In this document: one piece after another, positions 9,935 to 21,258 of the stretch
How positions within the stretch are numbered: position 1 is the stretch's first letter
Layout: each line of letters begins with the position of its first letter
Assembly (NCBI GenBank): GCA_963837465.1
Contig: CAWINB010000004.1
Coordinates: forward strand, 330,853-394,852
DNA length: 64,000 nt
Direction: 5' to 3'
From: Candidatus Doudnabacteria bacterium
GTDB lineage: Bacteria > Patescibacteriota > Doudnabacteria > UBA920
Position numbers and translations under genes: made by a program
Notes under the pieces: generated by a model
Told to the model about the DNA's origin: nothing
The model's database searches: none
What the model saw: only the letters and a program-made list of their open reading frames with translations

Positions 9935-10333
9935 ATGAATTTAAAATCATATTTTAACTCCCAATACCTTTTTCAGATTAATTCCGCCTTTATCAGCCCT
10001 GGCGAGAAGCTTTTTTTTCTGCTGGGCGTGATTTTGCTTTTGGTCGCCGTGGTCCTGAAAATATCAGCCAAGCTTGCGCCTACCCCCGTGGACTCCGGTT
10101 ACCGCAAAAAGTTTTACGTGCTGTTGCTGACCATCGGCCTGCTGGAAATTTTTTGGTACCTGCTGCGTTACGAGAACGTGGAGTTTTTTGGCAGCCGTTT
10201 TACGGCTTTCTTGTTCCTGTTCATCGGCCTGGTCTGGCTTCTGCGCGTTTTGCTGTCGATGTTAAAAAATTACCGACCGGCTAAAGTTGCCTGGGAAAAA
10301 GAACAGGTCAGGATGAAGTATTTGCCCAAATGA
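9935..10333 (+). CDS. membrane protein
   Basis: 132 aa with 3 predicted TM helices. Confidence 0.4.
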   Translation: MNLKSYFNSQYLFQINSAFISPGEKLFFLLGVILLLVAVVLKISAKLAPTPVDSGYRKKFYVLLLTIGLLEIFWYLLRYENVEFFGSRFTAFLFLFIGLVWLLRVLLSMLKNYRPAKVAWEKEQVRMKYLPK

Positions 10334-10360
10334 CAAAAATAAAAAGACAAATGTTTATCC

Positions 10361-10780
10361 ATGTTCAATCTTTTTAAACCAACAATCAGGAAACCAAAAT
10401 CTTTGGGTCAGCTGGGTGAACAGTTCGCCCAGGAAGAATATAAAAAGCTCGGTTATAAAATTATCGCGGCCAACGAGTACAATAAAAAAGGCAAACAACT
10501 TGGAGAGATAGATTTCATCGCCAAAAATAACGAATCCATAATATTTGTGGAGGTTAAGACCCGTAAAGATCGCCTGGGTAAATTTGGCACGGGCGCCGAA
10601 GCGGTTGATGTTTACAAACAGCGGAAACTGCTGGCAGCGGTAAAAATGTACTTTTTGCGCAATCCGGCAATGTCCGAACTTAAGCCCCGGATTGATGTTT
10701 GTCTTATGGAATTCGGCGAGCTTGACAAAAGCTTTAAACCTGCTAAAATAATAACGAATGCAGTAGAAGATTGGAACTGA
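10361..10780 (+). CDS. yraN: YraN-family (UPF0102) endonuclease
   Basis: GEIDFIAKNNESIIFVEVKTRK, the PD-(D/E)xK-like YraN signature. Length is 139 aa. Confidence 0.75.
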   Translation: MFNLFKPTIRKPKSLGQLGEQFAQEEYKKLGYKIIAANEYNKKGKQLGEIDFIAKNNESIIFVEVKTRKDRLGKFGTGAEAVDVYKQRKLLAAVKMYFLRNPAMSELKPRIDVCLMEFGELDKSFKPAKIITNAVEDWN

Positions 10781-10782
10781 CT

Positions 10783-10808
10783 GACGAGCGATGCTCGTCA
10801 TTTTAATT
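10783..10808 (+). terminator. rho-independent terminator after yraN
   Basis: Hairpin tgacgagcg-atg-ctcgtca followed by tttt. Confidence 0.6.
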
Positions 10809-10912
10809 AGTAAGCCGCTGAAAAGACGCTGATAGGTACGCTGAATAAACGCTGAACCGGCGTTTCAGCGACAAATCAGCGTACCTATCAGCGATAAATT
10901 AGCGCTTTAAAT

Positions 10913-12130
10913 ATGAATGAGCAACTAGAACAAGCTTTGGATCAGATTGCCGAAGAAAAAGGCATTAGCCGCGAGGATTTAATTTCTATGATAGAGGCGT
11001 CTTTGGCCGCGGCCTTCCGCAAGGATTACGGTGAAAAAGACCAGAATATCGTGGTGGAATTTAACCCCGAAACAATGGGCGCCAAGGTTTTTGACGTTAA
11101 AACCGTGGTGGAAACCCCAACCGAAGCCGAGGAAGACCCGCAAAAATTAATTGATTTGGAAGCGGCAAAACAAATCAAAAAATCCTATAAAGTGGGTGAC
11201 GAAATTAAAACCGAAATCACGCCAAAAACCGGCACCTCTTACGGCCGCATTGCGGCACAGACCGCCAAACAGGTAATCATTCAAAAGCTCCGCGAGGCTG
11301 AACGCAACGTCCAGTTTTCCGACTTTAAATCCAAAGAGCGCACTCTGCAAAACGGTATTGTGCAAAGAGTGGAAGGCGATACCGTGCTGGTGGATTTGGG
11401 CAAGGCCGCCGGAGTGCTGTTTCCCAGCGAGCAAATCCGCGGCGAGCGTTACGCCATTGGTCAGCGGGTAAAAGTTTTAATCCTCCATGTCGAACCGGCC
11501 ACCAAGGGCCCTAAAATTACCCTGTCCCGCTCGCATCCGGATATGGTCCGCAAGCTGTTTGAGCTGGAAGTGCCGGAAATTTATAACGGCAGCGTGGAAA
11601 TAAAAGCCATTGCCCGCGAGGCGGGATCCCGTTCCAAAGTGGCGGTAATTTCCACCCAGGACGGCATTGATCCCATAGGCAGTTGCGTAGGGCAAAAAGG
11701 CAGCCGCGTGCAAACCGTAATGGCCGAACTCGGCGGCGAGAAAATAGATATTATAGAATTTTCAGACGACACCGTAAAATTTATCGCCAACGCGCTTTCC
11801 CCGGCCAAAATTTTAAATGTTCAGCTGGATGAAGACAAAAAAGAAGCCAAAGTCGGCGTTTTGGAAGACCAGTTATCCCTTGCCATCGGCAAAGCCGGAC
11901 AAAACGTGCGGTTGGCCGCGCGGTTGACCGGATGGAAGATTGATATCAATGGGGAAAAATTGGCCGGAGATGCGGCATCAGAACCTGCTGCTGAAGGCGA
12001 AGAAGCAGAAACCGTTGCCCCCGAAACATCAGCCACGGAAGAAGCTCAAACCGACGCCGGCGGAGTAAGCGAAGGTACTTTGCAGGAAGCGGAGAACCCC
12101 GAAAAGCAGATGGAAGAAAAGGGAGAATAA
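10913..12130 (+). CDS. nusA: transcription termination/antitermination factor NusA
   Basis: 405 aa with the NusA N-terminal domain, an S1 domain (QNGIVQRVEGDTVLVDLGK) and two KH domains (GSRSKVAVIS..., GQNVRLAARLTGWKIDI), plus an acidic C-terminal tail. Confidence 0.9.
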   Translation: MNEQLEQALDQIAEEKGISREDLISMIEASLAAAFRKDYGEKDQNIVVEFNPETMGAKVFDVKTVVETPTEAEEDPQKLIDLEAAKQIKKSYKVGDEIKTEITPKTGTSYGRIAAQTAKQVIIQKLREAERNVQFSDFKSKERTLQNGIVQRVEGDTVLVDLGKAAGVLFPSEQIRGERYAIGQRVKVLILHVEPATKGPKITLSRSHPDMVRKLFELEVPEIYNGSVEIKAIAREAGSRSKVAVISTQDGIDPIGSCVGQKGSRVQTVMAELGGEKIDIIEFSDDTVKFIANALSPAKILNVQLDEDKKEAKVGVLEDQLSLAIGKAGQNVRLAARLTGWKIDINGEKLAGDAASEPAAEGEEAETVAPETSATEEAQTDAGGVSEGTLQEAENPEKQMEEKGE

Positions 12131-12208
12131 TAATTAATTTCAAATTACAAATATCAATTTGCCGAGTCACGCAACTTGGTATTAAATCATTAGGATTTTA
12201 TTTGGAAT

Positions 12209-12805
12209 TTGATATTTGGAATTTTACTTATGCCTTTAATACCAATGGTCATTGAGAAATCCCCGCAGGGGGAGCGCGGCTATGATATTTACAGTCGACT
12301 TTTAAAAGATCGAATAATTTTTTTAGGCGAACCTATAGACGACGCGGTCGCCAATATTTTAATCGCCCAATTGCTTTTTTTGGACGCGGATAATTCCAAG
12401 CAGGATATCAAGCTTTACATTAATTCTCCCGGCGGCTCGGTAACCTCGGCTATGGCGCTTTATGATACTATGAACCACGTTAAATCCGATGTTTCCACTA
12501 TTTGCATCGGCCAGGCCGCCTCGGCTGCCGCGGTACTGCTTGCGGCCGGAGCCAAAGGCAAAAGAATCGCCCTGCCTAACGCGCGCGTGCTTATCCACCA
12601 GGTTATGGGCGGAGCCGAAGGCCAGCAAAAAGATATTGTCATAGCGGCCAACGAGATTACGCGCATAAAAAACCAGCTTAACCATATTCTTTCCAAACAC
12701 ACTGGTCAGCCGGTAAAGAAAATAGAATCGGACACCGATCGTGATTTCTGGATGACTTCGGACGAGGCCAAGAAATACGGGATTATAGATAAAATTATCC
12801 AGTAG
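12209..12805 (+). CDS. clpP: ATP-dependent Clp protease proteolytic subunit
   Basis: [11 protein letters not shown]...[18 protein letters not shown]...[22 protein letters not shown]...IHQ. The Ser-His catalytic context is conserved. Confidence 0.9.
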   Translation: MIFGILLMPLIPMVIEKSPQGERGYDIYSRLLKDRIIFLGEPIDDAVANILIAQLLFLDADNSKQDIKLYINSPGGSVTSAMALYDTMNHVKSDVSTICIGQAASAAAVLLAAGAKGKRIALPNARVLIHQVMGGAEGQQKDIVIAANEITRIKNQLNHILSKHTGQPVKKIESDTDRDFWMTSDEAKKYGIIDKIIQ

Positions 12806-12844
12806 TGCTGTTTTCAGGGCGGTTTCCAATATGTATCAATAAAA

Positions 12845-12870
12845 ATCCGGACCCAGGGTCCGGATTTTTA
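12845..12870 (+). terminator. rho-independent terminator after clpP
   Basis: atccggaccc-agg-gtccggat followed by ttttta. Confidence 0.7.
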
Positions 12871-12903
12871 TATATATTATTTCGCCTGCCGACGGCAAAA
12901 TTA

Positions 12904-14016
12904 TTAACCCAAGCTCTGAAAAGTTATTTTAATTATTTCAGATTCGGTAAAAATTCTCAAAGCCGGGCCCCAGGTGCCCACGCCGCTGGAAGTTAAAACC
13001 TGTAAGTCCCCTAAAGCCTTAAGGCCGTAATCGTAACCTTTAAAAATTTTGCGGGTAACATAGCGACCCGGCCAAATTTGTCCCAGGTGGGTGTGGCCCG
13101 AAAGCTGCAGGCTTACTCCGCTTTGTTCCGCGACGGACAAATGACTGGGTACGTGTTTTAAAAGTATGGAGGGCTTGTTGTTTGCCAAACCGGTTTTCAG
13201 TAGCCGAGTTTTAACAGTTTCATCAGTTTCCTGTTTATAGGCCAGGCCTAAAACCTGCAAACCCTCTATCTCCACTTTCTGGTCTTCCAAAATTTTGATG
13301 CCGGCATTTCTTATGGCTTGTTCGCAAATACCGTAACCGGCGAACATTTCGTGGTTGCCGGAACAAAAGTAAATTCCCAATGGAGCTTTGATTTTTTTAA
13401 ATTCATTTGCCAATCCCTGGAAGTCGCTGCGCGCGCCGTCATAAAAATCTCCGGGAATAAAAACAATCTCGGGATTTAAAGAGTTGGTAATTTTGATTAT
13501 TTTTTTGGCGAAACCGTTTTTTAAAATCTGCCCCAGATGCAAATCGGAAACCATAACCGCGGTTTTGCCTTTCCAAAAATCCGGCAAATTGGGCAGATTG
13601 ACCGTTAGGTGCTTAATTCTTATTACGCGCGCGTTAACGGCGCCGTAAACAACCAGGGTCAATGAGACGATAATGCTAAGGTGCCCCGCGGTAGTTAGTG
13701 CCAGCAGGCCTAAAGCGCAAAGGACCAGGGTTAAAGCGGAAGCCATTAAAAAGTAGAGCCCCCATACTATCCAAATTCCGGCCAAGACGTTGCCCCAGTT
13801 TAAGAGGAAACTTTGGTAATTATGGGTAAGCAGTGTAAACAATAAAAAAGCAAAAGATAACAGCAGCATTATTACGGCCAGCAAAATGTGGTAAGGGTAA
13901 AGGGCGGGGAAAAACAACAGCAGGAGCTCGTATCCCAGCCAATGGCAAGCGGCAATAAACAATTGCGCGATTCCAATTACGTAAATTAAATTTTTAGGCA
14001 TGTTTACAGTATACAT
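12904..14016 (-). CDS. membrane-anchored calcineurin-like metallophosphoesterase
   Basis: 370 aa with an N-terminal multi-TM region, then VMVSDLHLGQ...GNHE, the metallophosphatase motifs. Confidence 0.7.
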   Translation of the reverse strand: MYTVNMPKNLIYVIGIAQLFIAACHWLGYELLLLFFPALYPYHILLAVIMLLLSFAFLLFTLLTHNYQSFLLNWGNVLAGIWIVWGLYFLMASALTLVLCALGLLALTTAGHLSIIVSLTLVVYGAVNARVIRIKHLTVNLPNLPDFWKGKTAVMVSDLHLGQILKNGFAKKIIKITNSLNPEIVFIPGDFYDGARSDFQGLANEFKKIKAPLGIYFCSGNHEMFAGYGICEQAIRNAGIKILEDQKVEIEGLQVLGLAYKQETDETVKTRLLKTGLANNKPSILLKHVPSHLSVAEQSGVSLQLSGHTHLGQIWPGRYVTRKIFKGYDYGLKALGDLQVLTSSGVGTWGPALRIFTESEIIKITFQSLG

Positions 14017-14182
14017 TATAATTAAGTTGTTGTAATACGCATAGCCGAAACTTAAATTTTTACCGAGAAAATTAAATTGACGTCCGGGGAGGCGTTGTTA
14101 AAGTCGCCGTCCTATCCAAACGAGCATGGAAGCAGTTTTAAGTTTAATAAAACCGCAGTAGTTTCTAATCAAGACATGGCCC

Positions 14183-15469
14183 CTATCCGCCAGCGGCCAT
14201 TTTTTGATGTTCCTTAAGTTTAATGTTTTTAAATACTGCTGACTTTGCTTCCTGCATAAGTTTTGCCCATCCGTTATGGCTGTGGCCGGTGCTGATGTCA
14301 TCCAGTTGTTTTTCCGTCCGTCCTGGGGCAAGGTAGCGTGTCCAATTATCCAGAGTCTTCAGTTTGGCATAGGGAGTTAAGTAAATATCATATTTTTTCT
14401 TTTCCTTGCCCTTATGGTCAACCGTGGTGGTGGCAAAGCCGCAGGGTCTGTGGAAGTTCAGGTAAGGGTTAAAAAACTTCTGGTAAAATTCGTTAATCTC
14501 CTGCGCGTAGGTTTTCGGGATATGAGTGTAGCCCATATACTTTCTGATGACACTGCCGTTCTTGCTTTCCACTAAGGCATTGTCATTGCAGTGCCTGCTT
14601 CGTGATTTTGTCTGTTTAATAACTAACCTTCTAAGAATATCAGCTACCGTGTAATTAATGTTCTCGCTACCGTTGTCAGAGTGGAAGTTAATTACTGTAA
14701 AGGGAAACATTTGCTGCAACTGTTCAAATATGGGTTTTAAATGCAGCTCGGAAATCGTTTCCACACAGAAGACCATTTCCCATTGGGTGACTTCATCCAC
14801 CAGGTTTAAGTGGTAAATACCTTTCTCATACTTGCCCAAAGCCAGCTTACGGTCGCCCTGATGCACGGTATCCACCCGCAGATAGCCCGGAATGCCCATA
14901 TTGTCGGGTCTTCTTCTAATACCAATCGGGGTGCTTACTGGATCGGTTATGGTAAAGGTGGTGGAGTGGCTGGTGTAAATTCTTTTAACTCGCAGATTGT
15001 AGATATGGGAAACGGAAATATCTTTTAGTCTTTTAAACCGTTCGTCACCGAATATTTCATATTCAGCCATTAGGATCTGTTTGGTGGCATGGGCATTCAT
15101 TCGTTGGTGCAGATTATCGGTTTCAGCCAGCAATAGTATTTCTGCCGGGCCATAAACAGTAACAAACCGGTTTTTCTTGCCCCAATTCGGGGACAAGGCC
15201 ACTAACCCACTTCCTCTCTTGTTGGTAATCAGTCGTTTTAGCTGTCTGCCCGACATGCCGGTCATCCGTTGGATATATTCCTTAATCTGCCCCTTGTCTT
15301 TTTTGCCTTTAAGCCGGACATAGCCAAACTTGTTTAAGACGTTGTTAATCCATTCATATTTCTCCTTTCTGGAAACTGAGGTAAAATTAATTGCTGTATT
15401 GACCTTTAGAAATTCCTTGATTTGAGCTATGCTCGTAACGCTTAAGTCTGTCATATCGATTGTCATCAA
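14183..15469 (-). CDS. DDE transposase with rve (integrase-core) domain, IS481-like
   Basis: 428 aa with an N-terminal HTH. FHSDNGSEN...HCNDNALVESKNGSV matches the rve D,D(35)E region. It lies immediately upstream of the rRNA promoter. Confidence 0.7.
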   Translation of the reverse strand: MMTIDMTDLSVTSIAQIKEFLKVNTAINFTSVSRKEKYEWINNVLNKFGYVRLKGKKDKGQIKEYIQRMTGMSGRQLKRLITNKRGSGLVALSPNWGKKNRFVTVYGPAEILLLAETDNLHQRMNAHATKQILMAEYEIFGDERFKRLKDISVSHIYNLRVKRIYTSHSTTFTITDPVSTPIGIRRRPDNMGIPGYLRVDTVHQGDRKLALGKYEKGIYHLNLVDEVTQWEMVFCVETISELHLKPIFEQLQQMFPFTVINFHSDNGSENINYTVADILRRLVIKQTKSRSRHCNDNALVESKNGSVIRKYMGYTHIPKTYAQEINEFYQKFFNPYLNFHRPCGFATTTVDHKGKEKKKYDIYLTPYAKLKTLDNWTRYLAPGRTEKQLDDISTGHSHNGWAKLMQEAKSAVFKNIKLKEHQKMAAGG

Positions 15470-15599
15470 GTCAGTGTGGCAGGCTTATGCTCTTTGTACA
15501 GCTTCCGGGCAACCCTCCGGTTTCAGCAATTGGGGTACCGTCCTCCTTTAGAGGCTGTCTCAAAGATAGGGGCCATGTTCCATTGTATAAGACTGGCGC

Positions 15600-15628
15600 T
15601 TGACACCTTTTTCCAAAAGGTTTATAAT
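15600..15628 (+). promoter_or_regulatory. consensus sigma70-type promoter (TTGACA-17 nt-TATAAT), probable rRNA promoter
   Basis: Perfect -35 and -10 hexamers with a 17-nt spacer, about 690 nt upstream of the 16S 5' end on the same strand. Confidence 0.55.
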
Positions 15629-16287
15629 TGCTTGGCGGTTAGGAATTAAATCTTAACGTTTAAAACTTCAATAAACTTTTAGTTCAATTTTGCTCTTATG
15701 TAAGCGGGCATCGCTGATTATAGGAGATCCCTATTGGCACCTGGGAGACTGGACATTATCCACATTTAAGATGGATATGTTTTTTTTAGCCTCAATTTTA
15801 GACCCTTCAGGATCAAATTATAGAGGCTAATCCGCCGAAGCCTTGGCGAAGGCTGGATAACTAAGTTTGATCGCCGATAAATCGGCACGCTACGCCAATC
15901 ATCTTGGTCAAAGCAAAGTACCTCAAAATGAGATGCTCCGCTCCGCTCAGGATGCGTTCCTACGGAACTGTACCTTAACAGTTAAATAGTGATTAGAAAA
16001 CACTGAATACCGCCCGGTATTTAGTGTGTACAAAACCATCGCGTCTTGACCTATTTAAACCAGGTTGAGATGCAATGTTTGCGTCAATTCAATATGAGTT
16101 CAATGATATTCTGTGAATAACAGAAAAATGTTTTGTTAGGTTTACATTTTACAAAAATAAATCTAACGCCAACTTAACATCAATATTTATATTCGTGTTA
16201 AGAGGTTTGTCTTTTAGACAGATCAAACTTTCAATTTTATTTCCGTCCCGCCAAAGGCTGGGACAATTCAGGATTTATAATTGATTT

Positions 16288-17873
<1,586 letters not shown>

Positions 17874-17878
17874 AGGAA

Positions 17879-18137
17879 CTTTTCTTGACTACACTGGTTT
17901 TCGAACTGTGTGTCAAGACATTCTGTTGGTCGTCGTCAATTATTTCGATTTTTGACGCAATCCTTTCTCAATAAGAAACGACGTAAACGTAAGTGGTTTT
18001 GTATAGCGGTAATTCTACCCATATTTAGCAATAAATATGGGCCTGAGCGCCTTTAATGCTCGGGGTCACTATTTAGCCGTTAAAAAACGGAAATTGCAAT
18101 TAAAAAGCCTGACTTCTACTACTGAAGTGAGGCTTTT
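17879..18137 (+). promoter_or_regulatory. conserved left-arm leader of island 1 (attL arm), with covarying hairpins
   Basis: Homologous to 34681-34942 and 47739-47996. Shared blocks are ggtcgtcg, acgtaaac, ggttttgta, ggtaattctacc, tttagcaataaata, tcactatttagccgttaa, gaaattgcaa. A hairpin plus T-run lies just before the int ATG. Confidence 0.6.
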
Positions 18138-19121
18138 ATGTTTTATAAGGAAAGTGTCGTAGAAACATCTACGAAAACCGACAGTAGGGTTTTGCCATCG
18201 TCCCCGGCTGTTTACAGCCCAAAGATGAGCGAGTTGGTTGATGGGTTTTTAAAGCACGGTCAGTTTGATTTAAGCTGGTCGGCTGGGACAGTCGCAAAAT
18301 ACGGTGAGTGTTTACGGATGACTATTCGGGACATCGGCGATTTGCCGGTAAATGAAATCCGTTTGGTTCACCTTACGGAATTAAAATCTAAAATAATAAT
18401 GCGCGGAGCCGGAGAGTCCAGAGTCGGCTCAATGGTTTTTGCGTTAAAAAGTTTTTTAAAATACTGCAAGGAAATTGTGGAGTTGGATGTGCTGGACTTT
18501 AACAAGATTACCCCGCCAAAACGCCATCGCCGGGAAGTGCTGTTTTTGACCAACGAAGAAATTCAGCGGTTTGTGGATGTTATAAAAATAAAAAATACCT
18601 GGGATGGGAAAAATAAAAAGAGTTGCGTCCGAATGGATGGTCTAAGGTTCAGGGCTTTGGTAGAAGTCTTGCTTGGCAGCGGTATGAGAATATCCGAGGC
18701 GTTATCGCTTAACCGGGGTAGTATAAATTTTGAAAAGAAAGAGGCAAAAATTATCGGTAAAGGTAGCAAGGAACGCACGGTATTTTTTAACGATCGTTCG
18801 TTGGAATGGGTTAGGTATTTATTGGAAGAAAGGAAGGACAGTCACGAACCTTTATTTCTTTCCCAAAAAGGCAACAGGTGGGATAAGGGAGAAGTTAATA
18901 AACTGTTTCAGCGTTATACTAAAAAAGCGGAAATCACCAAAAAATTAACGCCCCATATTCTGCGGCATACTATGGCCACAAACTTACTTTTTAACGGTTG
19001 CCCGATTTCCCACGTCAAAGAAATTTTAGGCCATGATAGGCTGGAAACCACGTGCCGCTACTATCTGGGTTTGGACAAGAGTAAGGCCAAGGAGGCTCAC
19101 GAAAAATTCTTGAATTATTAA
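18138..19121 (+). CDS. tyrosine recombinase/integrase (class A)
   Basis: 327 aa with LLGSGMRISEAL...IIGKGSKERTVFF...HILRHTMATNLL...GHDRLETTCRYY. The R..H..R..Y catalytic residues are present. Confidence 0.85.
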   Translation: MFYKESVVETSTKTDSRVLPSSPAVYSPKMSELVDGFLKHGQFDLSWSAGTVAKYGECLRMTIRDIGDLPVNEIRLVHLTELKSKIIMRGAGESRVGSMVFALKSFLKYCKEIVELDVLDFNKITPPKRHRREVLFLTNEEIQRFVDVIKIKNTWDGKNKKSCVRMDGLRFRALVEVLLGSGMRISEALSLNRGSINFEKKEAKIIGKGSKERTVFFNDRSLEWVRYLLEERKDSHEPLFLSQKGNRWDKGEVNKLFQRYTKKAEITKKLTPHILRHTMATNLLFNGCPISHVKEILGHDRLETTCRYYLGLDKSKAKEAHEKFLNY

Positions 19122-19365
19122 AAAAATTTATTGAATAAATAGCTCAATTTCGCTATAATTAGAATAATTGAATAGGTGCCTAACCCCATGGCTAAAACTA
19201 TGGGTATGGTAGAAGTAAAGAATCCTCAGCTACGTAAAGACGGTCTCTTAACCGCTCTCGTAGCTGAGGTGCGTGCGAAAGCATGCGGTGGTGTCGAAAG
19301 GCACTGCTGCGGTTGGGAGGCCCTTTTTGTATCCAACCGCAATTTAAAAACCTCAGCTACAACAA

Positions 19366-21255
19366 ATGAATAACAAATCACTGATTTTTGAATTGCCCAA
19401 AATTGTGGAAGAGGGCAAAAAAGAAGTTGAAAAAATATTGGAACGGCTTTCCAGTCAAAGTCGGTTAGGTTTGCAGACTAATGAGCTGGTTCTACCGGCA
19501 AAAGATAGTGGCGGGCTTTTTCGCGGGCATATAGCAGAACAGAAAAACAATGAGTGGCTGAATCGCTTAATATATGGCGATAATTTGTTAGCTATGCAGG
19601 CTTTGCTTTCCGGCGATGAGCAGAGCGGTCTTGCCAGTATGCGTGGGAAAATAGATTTAATTTACATTGATCCACCGTTTGATAGCAAAGCTGACTACCG
19701 CACAAAGGTTACCTTGCCTGGCGTGGATTTGGAGCAAAAGCCAACAGTTATAGAACAATTTGCATACGCCGATACTTGGAAAGATGGCACCGTAAGCTAT
19801 TTGAAAATGCTTTATCCTCGTCTTGCTTTAATGCGCGAGTTGCTCTCCGAACAAGGCAGTATTTATGTGCATATTGATTGGCACGTCGGGCATTATGTAA
19901 AAATTTTACTTGATGATATTTTTGGAAAAAATAATTTTAGGAACGAAATAATTTGGTGGTATCTTTGGGGAGGAAGAGGTAAGACACAATGGAATAGCAA
20001 ACATGATAATATTTTATTTTATTCCAAGGATAATAATTGGATTTTTAACTTTAAGGATGTATTAGATGATCACAATTTAATGACAGAAGGGTCAAAAAAT
20101 AGGTTGAATTACAAAGGTGCGATGGTAACTACCAAAAGCGAATCCTCAGAAATACCCGAAGATAAAGTGCTGCCTTCTGATACTTGGTATATAGCAACCA
20201 TTAATGCAATGGCAAAAGAAAAATTAAATTATGGTACTCAAAAACCAGAATCTTTGGTAGAAAAAATAATCAAAGCATCTTCAAATGAAAATTCCATTGT
20301 AGCAGATTTTTTTGCGGGGAGCGGGACAACTGGAGCGGTGGCGGAAAAACTTGGACGGAGGTGGATTATGTCGGATATTGGCAAGCCAGCGGCTTTGATA
20401 ATGCGCAAACGGTTAATTGACCAAAACGCCAAACCGTTTTTGTATCAATCCATCGGCGACTACCAAAAAGAAGCGTTTACCTCCTCAAAGTTATACCGCC
20501 GGGTTGGCGACCTGGCCCAGGTGGTATTGCAACTTTACGGCGCAATCCCTTTTACAGAAGACCAAAGCCAAATGCGAAATTTGGGGTATATAAAAGACAG
20601 TAAAACTTTGGTAATGGTGGATTCGCCGAATAAAATGACCGGCCTTGCCACGCTTAAAAAAGCGCAGGAGCTTAAAGCCAGTTTTATGGGCGGATTTAAC
20701 AAAGTGGTGGTCTTGGGCTGGAATTTTACTTTTGATATTACCGAAGCTATTCATTCGCTTAACGATAAAAGCGTGGAAGTTTTAGTTATACCCCCGGATC
20801 TGTTAGATAAGTTAAAGAGCAAAGCTGATTACAAAGACTTGATTGACAGCGGTAAAATTCGTTTTTCCTCTTTGCAATATCTGACTTTAAAACCAATTAC
20901 GGTAAAAATATTGCCGGATGATAAAGAACAGTTGCATGTTGAATTAGATAATTATGTTTTACTTTCCCCAGACAACATACCTTTGGACGAAAAGGACAAG
21001 GAAAAATTAAAAGAAGTCATTGCTAAAGATCCATTGTCTTTGGTTGAATATTGGAGCATTGATCCCGATTATGACGGAGTTACTTTTCGCAGCCTATGGC
21101 AGGATTATCGGGAAAATGAAGACAATGACGCAGAGCCTTACCATGTTGTAAAATCGGTAGATTTGACTGTCCCCAAAAAGAAAGAAAAAAGAATTGTATG
21201 CGTAAAGGTCGTGGATGTTTTTGGTTTTGAAAGTATTGCGACCGAGGAAGTTTAA
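19366..21255 (+). CDS. mod: Type III restriction-modification methyltransferase (Mod, N6-adenine)
   Basis: 629 aa with the IDPPFDS (DPPF/Y) motif and AdoMet-binding [11 protein letters not shown]. It is followed 4 nt later by the res helicase. Confidence 0.8.
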   Translation: MNNKSLIFELPKIVEEGKKEVEKILERLSSQSRLGLQTNELVLPAKDSGGLFRGHIAEQKNNEWLNRLIYGDNLLAMQALLSGDEQSGLASMRGKIDLIYIDPPFDSKADYRTKVTLPGVDLEQKPTVIEQFAYADTWKDGTVSYLKMLYPRLALMRELLSEQGSIYVHIDWHVGHYVKILLDDIFGKNNFRNEIIWWYLWGGRGKTQWNSKHDNILFYSKDNNWIFNFKDVLDDHNLMTEGSKNRLNYKGAMVTTKSESSEIPEDKVLPSDTWYIATINAMAKEKLNYGTQKPESLVEKIIKASSNENSIVADFFAGSGTTGAVAEKLGRRWIMSDIGKPAALIMRKRLIDQNAKPFLYQSIGDYQKEAFTSSKLYRRVGDLAQVVLQLYGAIPFTEDQSQMRNLGYIKDSKTLVMVDSPNKMTGLATLKKAQELKASFMGGFNKVVVLGWNFTFDITEAIHSLNDKSVEVLVIPPDLLDKLKSKADYKDLIDSGKIRFSSLQYLTLKPITVKILPDDKEQLHVELDNYVLLSPDNIPLDEKDKEKLKEVIAKDPLSLVEYWSIDPDYDGVTFRSLWQDYRENEDNDAEPYHVVKSVDLTVPKKKEKRIVCVKVVDVFGFESIATEEV

Positions 21256-21258
21256 CAT

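Noticed and set aside
17879-18137. Possibility that the left arms are degenerate ITS or 23S 5' fragments
   Set aside because: No recognisable 23S 5' motifs (ggttaagc...) and no tRNA. Conservation is with the other int-proximal arms, not with rRNA.
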